DNA of 64,000 nt from Gemmatimonadota bacterium (GTDB lineage Bacteria; Gemmatimonadota; Gemmatimonadetes; Palauibacterales; Palauibacteraceae): the NCBI GenBank assembly GCA_965116475.1, contig OZ220691.1, positions 1,984,001 through 2,048,000 of the forward strand. The letters are read 5' to 3'. Of this stretch, positions 18,914 to 26,986 are shown in pieces (within the stretch, counting starts at the first letter, position 1; every line of letters begins with the position of its first letter). The notes under the pieces were generated by a model. It saw only the letters and a program-made list of their open reading frames with translations. It had not been told where the DNA came from and made no database searches. The translations under genes were made by a program, and so were the position numbers.

Positions 18914-19551
18914 CAGTCCCCGCTCACGAACGACTTGGCGCCGATGATGTGCTGGCCGACGAGCACCGCGGCGGGGCGGCCCGTCCCCCGCGCCCGCGCG
19001 GCGGCTTCCGCGAACGCCGGCGCCACCCCGGAGGCGGAGTCCGGGCGGAACACGTCCACTCCGAGCGCTGCGAGGAGGTCGGGGACGGCGCGCCCCATCG
19101 GGACCTGCCACGGGTTCCGCTCCTCGGCTTCGCCGCGCATGGACACGAGGAGGAGGCACGGAATCCGGCACACGTTCGGGAGCCCGAGCATGTTCACGAT
19201 GTTGCCGACCCCGCTCGACTGGAGGGCGACGGCCGCGAGTTCGCCGCCGAGCCACGTTCCGCAAGCGAGGGCGATCCCCTCCTCCTCCGTCGTGAGCGTG
19301 ATGAGCCGGATCCCGGGGTCGGCCTCGCACAGTTCGAGGAACCTCCCGAGCCCTGCGTCCGGTACCGTGGCGACGTGACGGATGCCGAGCCCCGGGAGCG
19401 ACCGGAAGACCTGCTCTCCCCAATCGGCGCCGTCGGAGCCGGCGGAGCCATCCGAGCCGTCGGCGCCGTCCGAGCCACCGGCGCCGTCCGAGCCGTCCGA
19501 GCCACCGGAGTCTCGGCGCGACGGGATGTGCGGGCCGTCCACTGTGCTCAA
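18913..19551 (-). CDS. Sulfopyruvate/phosphonopyruvate decarboxylase, alpha subunit
   Basis: TVPD, TTEEEGIALACG, QSSGVGN, NPWQVPMG; N-terminal GSD low-complexity repeat; TTG start inferred. Confidence 0.8.
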   Translation of the reverse strand: MSTVDGPHIPSRRDSGGSDGSDGAGGSDGADGSDGSAGSDGADWGEQVFRSLPGLGIRHVATVPDAGLGRFLELCEADPGIRLITLTTEEEGIALACGTWLGGELAAVALQSSGVGNIVNMLGLPNVCRIPCLLLVSMRGEAEERNPWQVPMGRAVPDLLAALGVDVFRPDSASGVAPAFAEAAARARGTGRPAAVLVGQHIIGAKSFVSGD

Positions 19552-19710
19552 CGCTCCACCTCGATCCGGGCTGGGGATTCGCGTCCCGCGTTCCTTCCGG
19601 CGGGGAATATGCCGCCCCGTTCCGCCCGGAGCCATCGCGGCGCCCGCCGACAACCCGTACCCTCCGTCCCATCCCCTCGATCAACGAGACCCGGACGGAA
19701 ACCGGCCCAC

Positions 19711-20874
19711 GTGTTCACGAGTTCCGAAGACGGCTACGAGGCGATCCGCGAGGGCGTTCGCGGCCTGTGCGAGCGCTTTCCGGGAGAGTACTGGCGGGAC
19801 CGGGACCGCGAGAGCGCCTACCCGACGGCGTTCATCGAGGCGCTGACCGAGGCGGGATATCTCGCGGCGCTCATCCCCGAGGAATACGGGGGCGCCGGAC
19901 TCGACCTCAAGGCGGCGTGCGTCATCCTCGAGATGATCCAGCGCACCGGGTGCAACGGCGCCGCCTGCCACGCCCAGATGTACATCATGGGCACCCTGCT
20001 CAGGCATGGCGGCGAGGCGCAGAAGCGGCGCTACCTGCCCCGGATCGCGGCGGGCGAGTTGCGTCTGCAGGCCTTCGGCGTGAGCGAGCCGACCTGCGGC
20101 ACGGACACGACCCGGATCGCGACGACGGCCGAGCGGGACGGCGACGCCTATGTGATCCACGGGCAGAAGACCTGGATCTCCCGCTCCGAGCACTCCGATC
20201 TCATGCTCCTGCTCGCGCGCACGACGCCTCGCGAGGAGAGCGCCAAGCCCACGGAGGGGATGTCCGTCTTCCTCGTCGACCTGCGGGACGCCGTCGGGGA
20301 GTCCGTCACGATCCGGCCCATAGAGACGATGATCAACCACTCCACCACCGAGGTGTTCTTCGACGGATTGCGCGTGCCGGCGGCGAACCTCATCGGCAAG
20401 GAGGGGAAGGGGTTCCGCTACATCCTCGATGGACTGAACGCCGAGCGCGTGCTCATCGCGGCCGAGTGCGTGGGGGACGCCCGCTTCTTCGTGGAGCACG
20501 CCGCGGAATACGCCAGGGACCGCGAAGTGTTCGGACGCCCCATCGGGCAGAACCAGGGCATCCAGTTTCCCATCGCCGAAGCCCACATGAAGACGGAGGC
20601 GGCGGCGCTCATGGTCGAGCGGGCCGCTTCGCTGTTCGACGAGGGGGCGCCGTGCGGCGCCGAGGCGAACATGGCCAAGTACCTCGCGGCGGACGCCTCG
20701 TGGGCCGCGGCCGACATGTGCATGCAGACCTACGGGGGCTTCGCCTTCTCCACCGAGTACGACATCGAACGCAAGTTTCGCGAGACGCGGCTGTACCAGG
20801 TGGCGCCGATCTCCACGAACCTGATCCTGTCTCATGTGGCGACCCACGTCCTGGGTCTCCCGAAGTCGTTCTGA
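19711..20874 (+). CDS. Acyl-CoA dehydrogenase
   Basis: IPEEYGG, AFGVSEP, GQKTWIS, FGRPIGQNQG, TYGGF. Confidence 0.92.
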   Translation: MFTSSEDGYEAIREGVRGLCERFPGEYWRDRDRESAYPTAFIEALTEAGYLAALIPEEYGGAGLDLKAACVILEMIQRTGCNGAACHAQMYIMGTLLRHGGEAQKRRYLPRIAAGELRLQAFGVSEPTCGTDTTRIATTAERDGDAYVIHGQKTWISRSEHSDLMLLLARTTPREESAKPTEGMSVFLVDLRDAVGESVTIRPIETMINHSTTEVFFDGLRVPAANLIGKEGKGFRYILDGLNAERVLIAAECVGDARFFVEHAAEYARDREVFGRPIGQNQGIQFPIAEAHMKTEAAALMVERAASLFDEGAPCGAEANMAKYLAADASWAAADMCMQTYGGFAFSTEYDIERKFRETRLYQVAPISTNLILSHVATHVLGLPKSF

Positions 20875-20905
20875 AAGCGGGAGGATCGGCGATGACGGAG
20901 GATCG

Positions 20906-21757
20906 GTGATACCCGAAGGATCGGCGATGGACGGCGAGGCGCGCGGCGTCGGGCGCAGCGAGGAGGTGGTGGACCGGGCCTCCGCCACGCTTGCGAGCGC
21001 CATGCTGGCCACGCTGGACCGGGACCCGTCCGCACTGGGCGATGGAGACCCGCTCCCGCCGCTGTTCCACTGGATGTACTGCCGGGAACTGGCGCCGGGC
21101 AGCCAGCTCGATGTCGACGGCCACCAGAAGCGCGGCGACTTCCTGCCGGCGCTGCCGTTCTCGCGCCGCATGTGGGCCGGCGGCCGCCTGAAATTCGATG
21201 GGGCCGTCCGGGTGGGGGACGTGCTCCGCCGCCGCTCGACGGTCGTGTCGGTCACGCCCAAGACCGGGCGCAGCGGCCCGCTCGTCCTCGTCACGGTCGA
21301 GCACCGGATCTCGGGGAGCGACGGGGAGATCGTCGAGGAGCAGGACCTGGTCTTCCTCGAGCGGCCCACCGAGCCGCTGGTGCTGCCCGACGTTTCGGCC
21401 CCGCACGACGAGATGGAGTGGTCGGAGTCCGTGACGCCGAACGCCGCCATGCTGTTCCGGTTCTCCGCGCTCACCTTCAACGCGCACCGCATCCACTACG
21501 ACCGGAGCTACGCGCGCGATGTCGAGATGTATCCCGATCTCGTCGTGCACGGCCCGCTCGCGGCGCTGCTCCTCGCCGATCTCGCGGTCCGGCGCTCCGG
21601 ACGGCCGCTCCGGACGCTGACCTTCCGGGCCCGCCGCCCGATGTTCGTCGACCGGACGATCGCCCTTCAGGGATGGCGGTCGGGTAACGTCGTCGGTCTG
21701 AGGGCGCTCGACGAAACGGGTGCCCTCGCGATGTCCGCCCGCGCCGGCTTGGCCTGA
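20906..21757 (+). CDS. Double hot-dog (MaoC-like) acyl-CoA hydratase, itaconyl/mesaconyl-CoA hydratase-like
   Basis: DGHQKRGDFLP, RRMWAGG, LFRFSALTFNAHRIHYD, LVVHGPL; start may be 20927. Confidence 0.85.
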   Translation: MIPEGSAMDGEARGVGRSEEVVDRASATLASAMLATLDRDPSALGDGDPLPPLFHWMYCRELAPGSQLDVDGHQKRGDFLPALPFSRRMWAGGRLKFDGAVRVGDVLRRRSTVVSVTPKTGRSGPLVLVTVEHRISGSDGEIVEEQDLVFLERPTEPLVLPDVSAPHDEMEWSESVTPNAAMLFRFSALTFNAHRIHYDRSYARDVEMYPDLVVHGPLAALLLADLAVRRSGRPLRTLTFRARRPMFVDRTIALQGWRSGNVVGLRALDETGALAMSARAGLA

Positions 21758-21790
21758 TCGCCTGAGCTTCCCGCTCCTGCGGGGCGTTTC

Positions 21791-22183
21791 CTACCCCTGC
21801 AGGGCGTCTTGAAGGACGACGATCCCGATTGCCGCGACCAGCACGCCGCCGACCCGCCACAGACCGGCGCCCATCCGGAGTCCCGTCTCCATCCCCTTGA
21901 GGGCGACCCCGGGCAGCAGGGCGTAGCACGCGCCCTTCGCCAGCGCCAGCCAGCCGTAGACGGTGAGGATCGTCGGCACGCCGCCCCACACGTTGTGGAA
22001 GGCGACGATGAAGGATCCGATCGCCATGGCGAGGAACGCGACCGTCAGGCTGCCGGCCGTCCCCTTCGACTGCAGGTGCTCCAGGAACGCCTTCCAGGCA
22101 TCCGGCCGGAGGAGGTACGAGACCCCCAAGACGATGAGGTTGATCGACACGAACACTTCCACTGCCCGCGTGAGGTCTTCCAT
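21791..22183 (-). CDS. Small membrane protein
   Basis: AAGGAGG RBS; 4 hydrophobic segments, FHNVW motif. Confidence 0.7.
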   Translation of the reverse strand: MEDLTRAVEVFVSINLIVLGVSYLLRPDAWKAFLEHLQSKGTAGSLTVAFLAMAIGSFIVAFHNVWGGVPTILTVYGWLALAKGACYALLPGVALKGMETGLRMGAGLWRVGGVLVAAIGIVVLQDALQG

Positions 22184-22260
22184 CCGTTTCCTCCTTCTCA
22201 GCTACGGGCCAAACGCTCGACCGGTCCCGGCCGTACGTCCTTTACTTTGCCGCTTTACCT

Positions 22261-23508
22261 TCAGAACTCGGCCAGCGCCGCCACGGCGCGTTCGTTGTCC
22301 TCGATCGTGTTGTAGAAGTGGGGGGAGAATCGAACGAGAGGTCCGCGATGGTCGACAACTACGTCGCGCGCGGCCAGGTGACGCACGGCGGCGGCCGCAT
22401 CGCGCGGGTGCTCGACGAGGACGAGGGCGGATCGGGCCGCCGGATCGGAGGCCTGGTGGAGCCTGTAGCCGAGATCCGACAACCTCTCCCGCAAGTCATT
22501 CGCCAGGAGTCGGTTACGCTGTTGAATGGCCGGGATCCCGTACTCGAGGACGATGGATAGCCCTCCCGCGGCCGTGTAGGCCACCCCCGCGGCGGGGGTC
22601 CCCAGTTCGAAGCGCCTGGCGTCCGCCCGAGGCGTCGCATCGCGAATGTCGAAAAGGAACTGGTTTTCAACACCGAACCACGAGAGGGTGACCGGATCGA
22701 TAGAAATCCCTGGGTTCACATGGAGATAGGCCATCCCCGGACCACCGCACAGCCACTTGAGCGCACCGCCGACGAGGAAGTCCACCCCCAGCGCTCCCGC
22801 GTCGATCGCGAGTTGTCCATTTGACTGATAAGCGTCCAATAGCATGAACGCCCCGCTGTCGTGCGCGATCCGGGTGAGTTCCGCCGCGTCCTGCGTGTTG
22901 CCGCTCGTGAAGAAGACGTGGGACGTCGCGAGCAGCGCGGTGCGTTCGTCCACGGCGGCGCGGATCGATTCGAGGGGGACGTGAATCCCGTCGGGACTCG
23001 GCACGATCTCCACTTCGAGATCGTTCGCCCGCTGCGACAGGAAATGGTGACCCACCGTCGGGAAGTCGAGTTCCGTGAGCACGACCTTGTTGCGGCCCGT
23101 GCCCCGAACGCTGGCCGCGATGGCCCCCCACACGACGGAGACGGCCGCGGAAACGCTCGACATGAGCGCGATCGTGTCCGCCTCGGCTTCAATGGTGCGC
23201 CCGAACTGAGCCCGGACTTCCTCGAGCTTGGCGACCCAGATCTCATACCAGGCGGCCGCGCCCATGTCGTGCCACAGCTCCTCGAAGCGCCGGCGCTCCT
23301 CCACGGAACGGAGAGAGAGCGCGCCGAGCGAGTTGGAGTTGAGGTAGGTCTTGCGGGAGAGGATCGGGAACTGGCCCCGCAACTCGTCGATGCGATCGTC
23401 GAGCGGCAGCGCCGGCTCCGCGACCCCGCCCGCCGCAGCCGGAGTGGCCGATCCCGCGGCGGCCGGACTGGCCGATCCGGACTCGGCCGGAATATCGTGT
23501 TTCGCCAT
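22261..23508 (-). CDS. PLP-dependent class V aminotransferase (kynureninase-like)
   Basis: YLNSNSLG, DFPT, LDAYQ, GALKWLCGGPG, FELGTP, RFSPHFYN. Confidence 0.85.
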   Translation of the reverse strand: MAKHDIPAESGSASPAAAGSATPAAAGGVAEPALPLDDRIDELRGQFPILSRKTYLNSNSLGALSLRSVEERRRFEELWHDMGAAAWYEIWVAKLEEVRAQFGRTIEAEADTIALMSSVSAAVSVVWGAIAASVRGTGRNKVVLTELDFPTVGHHFLSQRANDLEVEIVPSPDGIHVPLESIRAAVDERTALLATSHVFFTSGNTQDAAELTRIAHDSGAFMLLDAYQSNGQLAIDAGALGVDFLVGGALKWLCGGPGMAYLHVNPGISIDPVTLSWFGVENQFLFDIRDATPRADARRFELGTPAAGVAYTAAGGLSIVLEYGIPAIQQRNRLLANDLRERLSDLGYRLHQASDPAARSALVLVEHPRDAAAAVRHLAARDVVVDHRGPLVRFSPHFYNTIEDNERAVAALAEF

Positions 23509-23755
23509 GGATGATCCGTTGCCCTCGGCCCCGAAGAAGGGGCCGCTTCTCGACTTCGAGGCAGGTCAGACGCTCGAACGGCGCGACCGCAAGCATGCCG
23601 GTCCCGGCGGCGAGCCGGACTGCCCCCGGTGCGAAGCCCGCATGGTGCGCTGTGTCGAGCAGCACCGGGCGCCCCGCTCCGACGACTCGCCGTTCCGGGT
23701 GCGACTCGCGTGCCCGGCGACCGACTGCGGCGCGTGGACAACCTACAATTGGTAG
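23507..23755 (+). CDS. Small Zn-ribbon-like protein
   Basis: CPRC...CPATDC cysteine pairs, ends WTTYNW; fills the gap between two minus-strand genes. Confidence 0.6.
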   Translation: MDDPLPSAPKKGPLLDFEAGQTLERRDRKHAGPGGEPDCPRCEARMVRCVEQHRAPRSDDSPFRVRLACPATDCGAWTTYNW

Positions 23756-23783
23756 AAGACGTCCACCCCCGACAACCCGCCCG

Positions 23784-25178
23784 CTACCACTCCATCTCGG
23801 GGAGGACGTCTGCCTGGAGGCGGAACATCTCGTTGATGGTGTGGACCGCGGCGCGGTAGGAATCCGTCGTGGGGTCGAGCAGCAGCGCCTGCAGCAGCGT
23901 CCCGCGGGAACGCTCGGCGAAGGCGTCGACGAGGAGGCGGTTGATCGACGTCTGAGTCCTGAGCAGTGCGAGGATTCCCTCGGGTAGCGCCTCCATGGCG
24001 GCGGGATGGAGGCCGCTCGCGTCGGCGCGGGCGGGGACCTCCACTACGGCGCCATCCGGCAGGCCGGGCACGTAGCCTTCGTTCGGCACGTTCACCGCGT
24101 CGAGATGCGTATCGATCCCGCACAGCACACCCTCCAGCAGGGGGGCCGCCAACTCTCCCGACGGGATGAGTTCCCCGCCCGCTCCGGCCTCGTCCCCCCC
24201 GTCGGGGTCGTCGCCGTTGTCCCGCACCCGGGGGAGCGGGGACTCAGGAAACGCCGGCACATCGGTCGGATTCTCGCCGAGGTTGTAGAGCCAGGTCGGG
24301 GTCTCTCCCGTTTCCCACGGGGCGCCGCGCACGGGGTCGTAGAAGAACTGGAGGAGGCTGCTGCCGAGGAATTCACGCGCCCAGCCCAGGTATTCGCCGA
24401 TGTGGTTCGCCCCGGGGCTGGGATACCGGTCGAAGACGCGGAACAGGATGCGGCTGAGCGCGATCTCGTCCCAGTCGTGCAGCCAGTGCGCCTCCCGCTC
24501 GCGGCGCCGGAGTCTCGGGTAGAGGTCCTCGCCCGTCTCGCGGTCGCGCACGGACTCGAACCAGCTGAAGTGGTTGAGCCCGCTCGCCCGGGCGTCGAGG
24601 CGCTCCACCGGCAGTTCCAGGAGCCGCGCCATCTGTTCCATCCCGTGGAAAACGCCGTGGCAGAGGCCGACGACGCGCACGGATGAGAGCCGGCTCTGGG
24701 CTTCGCAAAGCTTGGTGAGCGGGTTGGTGTAGTTGACGAGCCACGCTTTGGGGCAGTGGACCTCCATCGCCCGCGCCAACTCGACCGCCGGACCCATGTT
24801 GCGCAGGGCGTGGAAGAGGCCGCCCGGCCCCCCGTTCTCTCCGTAGATCTGGGAAGACCCGAACGCGCGGGGGACGTGGAAGTCCTGAGCCCAGTAGAAA
24901 TAGCGGTTGATCTCGATGGCGAGGACTACCGCATGGGCGCCGGGGAGGGCGGCCTCGAGGTCCGTCGTTGCGGACACGGCGACATCCCGGCCCAGCCGCT
25001 CCGCCACCGCCTCCGCGTACGCCCGCGTGCGGGGCAGCTCCGACGGGTCGATGTCGACGAGCGCCAGGCTCAATCCCCGATCACACAGCGGATCGCTGAG
25101 GAGCACGTCGCGGATCGAAGCGGGGCCGAACTCGCGGCTGCCGGCGCCGACGAGGACGATCCTGAGCGGGTCGTTCAT
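23784..25178 (-). CDS. Glycoside hydrolase family 4 (NAD-dependent alpha-galactosidase-like)
   Basis: IVLVGAGS, GENGGPGG, NYTNP, GLCHG, GLNHF. Confidence 0.9.
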   Translation of the reverse strand: MNDPLRIVLVGAGSREFGPASIRDVLLSDPLCDRGLSLALVDIDPSELPRTRAYAEAVAERLGRDVAVSATTDLEAALPGAHAVVLAIEINRYFYWAQDFHVPRAFGSSQIYGENGGPGGLFHALRNMGPAVELARAMEVHCPKAWLVNYTNPLTKLCEAQSRLSSVRVVGLCHGVFHGMEQMARLLELPVERLDARASGLNHFSWFESVRDRETGEDLYPRLRRREREAHWLHDWDEIALSRILFRVFDRYPSPGANHIGEYLGWAREFLGSSLLQFFYDPVRGAPWETGETPTWLYNLGENPTDVPAFPESPLPRVRDNGDDPDGGDEAGAGGELIPSGELAAPLLEGVLCGIDTHLDAVNVPNEGYVPGLPDGAVVEVPARADASGLHPAAMEALPEGILALLRTQTSINRLLVDAFAERSRGTLLQALLLDPTTDSYRAAVHTINEMFRLQADVLPEMEW

Positions 25179-26986
25179 GGCGCAGTCCCGGAGGGTGAGG
25201 CGGGCGATGCGGGCGTGTCGGCGTGCGCGATGCGCACCGTGATGGCCCCCGCGGCCAGCGACACGGCGATCAGGAGCACGCCCACGCCGGGGCGGCCCGT
25301 GAGCAGGTAGCCGATGCCGAGCAGGCTGGCGTAGACGAAGAGCGCGCCGAGCAGGAAGCCCGGCCACATGCGGCTCGCGGGCGGGTCGGACGAGCGGACG
25401 CCGGTGCGCGCGGCCACCCGGTGCCACCAGCCGCCGGGGTGTACCCGCCGGTAGAAGCGGTCCAGCACCTCGTCCGGCTCGGGCCGGGTCACGAGCACGA
25501 CGGCCAGCCAGAGCGCGGTGCACGCGACGAGGATGACGACCGCCCGGATGAGGTCCATCTCCGGCGCGTAGAAGCCGTCGGCGGCCCGGATCGCCGCGGC
25601 GGGCAGCACGGGTTCGAGCGCGCCGACCAGGACGCGACCGTTGGCCAGGAGCACCGAGCCTGCCATGGCGGCGATCTCGGCCCACGCGTTCACCCGCCAC
25701 CAGTACCAGCGCAGGAGCCACACGAGCGCGACCCCCGCCGTGAGTTCGATGATGTAGATCCACCCCCGCTGGATGGAGTCCATCTGCCAGGCCACGCCCG
25801 CGGCGACCGCCGCCAGCAGCACAACCATGATCCGCGACGCCGCGACGTAGTGCCGCTCGGAGCGGTTCTTCCTCAGGAAGCGGCGGTAGACATCGTTCAC
25901 CATGTACGACGCCCCCCAGCAGAGGTGCGTGTCCATCGTGCTCATGAACGCGGCCAGGAAGGTGGCGACCATCAGCCCCCGGAGTCCGGCCGGCATGAGT
26001 TCCCGGATCATCATCGGATAGGCGAGTTCCGGGTCGGCCGCGAGCGCCGGGTCCATGGCCGCCGGCGGGAAGACGAGGAGCGATCCGAGTCCCACCACGA
26101 TCCAGGGCCAGGTGAGGAGCACGGTCCCCGCGAAGGCGAACCACAGCGACGCCTTCACGGCCTGGCGCTCGTCCCGCGTCGCGAACAGGCGCTGGGCCAC
26201 GTAGCCGTCGCCCTGCCCGCTCCTCAGCCACAGGATGCCGATGAGGCAGATGAAGGAGACGATCTCGAGCGACGAGGCGGTGCCGGCGGACGGCACGAGA
26301 TCCAGCGCCCCCGGCGGCGCCTGCGGCACGTCGCGCACGGCGTCCGCCATCGCCGCCGGGCCGCCGAAACGGGTGAGCACGATCCCCGCCAGGGTGATCG
26401 CCCCGAGCATGCCCGCGACGAACTGGAGGAGGTCGGTGACGACGACGCCCCAGAGTCCCGACGCGACCGTGTAGGCGAGCGCGAGCCCGACGCAGACGGC
26501 CAGCGTCACGGCGGGGTCCCAGCCCAGCAGCACCCGGCTGAACTTCACCATCGCGAGCATGACCCAGCCCATGACGACGGCGTTCTTGAGGAGGCCCTGG
26601 TAGACCGCCGAGAAGGTCCGCAGCGCCCGGGCCGGCGCCCCGCCGTAGCGGATCTCGATGACCTCGGCGTCGGTGAGGACGCCCGCCCGCCGCCACAGGC
26701 GCGCGTAGAAGAAGGTCAGCATGAGGATCCCCGCCGCTTCGTACCACCAGAGCCAGTTGCCGTACACGCCCTGCCGGCGCACGAGGGCGGCCGTCGCGAG
26801 CGGGGCGTCCGTCGCGAACCACGTGGCCGCGATGGACGTGCCCGCGAGCCACCAGGGAAGCGAGCGGCCGGCGATGAAGTAGTCCTCGACGCTGCCGCCC
26901 GCCCGCCTCGCGAACCCGAACCCGATGGCGAGGACGATCGCGCCGTAGACGCCGACGACGACCCAGTCGAGCGTGGTCAGCGCCAT
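25175..26986 (-). CDS. Sodium:solute symporter
   Basis: DYFIAGRSLPWW, GLWGVVVTD, QRLFA, AAFMST. Confidence 0.92.
   Translation of the reverse strand: MALTTLDWVVVGVYGAIVLAIGFGFARRAGGSVEDYFIAGRSLPWWLAGTSIAATWFATDAPLATAALVRRQGVYGNWLWWYEAAGILMLTFFYARLWRRAGVLTDAEVIEIRYGGAPARALRTFSAVYQGLLKNAVVMGWVMLAMVKFSRVLLGWDPAVTLAVCVGLALAYTVASGLWGVVVTDLLQFVAGMLGAITLAGIVLTRFGGPAAMADAVRDVPQAPPGALDLVPSAGTASSLEIVSFICLIGILWLRSGQGDGYVAQRLFATRDERQAVKASLWFAFAGTVLLTWPWIVVGLGSLLVFPPAAMDPALAADPELAYPMMIRELMPAGLRGLMVATFLAAFMSTMDTHLCWGASYMVNDVYRRFLRKNRSERHYVAASRIMVVLLAAVAAGVAWQMDSIQRGWIYIIELTAGVALVWLLRWYWWRVNAWAEIAAMAGSVLLANGRVLVGALEPVLPAAAIRAADGFYAPEMDLIRAVVILVACTALWLAVVLVTRPEPDEVLDRFYRRVHPGGWWHRVAARTGVRSSDPPASRMWPGFLLGALFVYASLLGIGYLLTGRPGVGVLLIAVSLAAGAITVRIAHADTPASPASPSGTAP

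Noticed and set aside
20892..20909. Regulatory leader peptide MTEDR
   Set aside because: Explained by local triplication of the RBS-start motif; no attenuator features seen
23784..26852. 1022-aa fusion protein (also apparent fusions 55297-58152, 48589-50697, 18949-20874)
   Set aside because: Upstream parts are off-frame or antisense extensions; real starts lie internally, with RBS or start-stop overlaps
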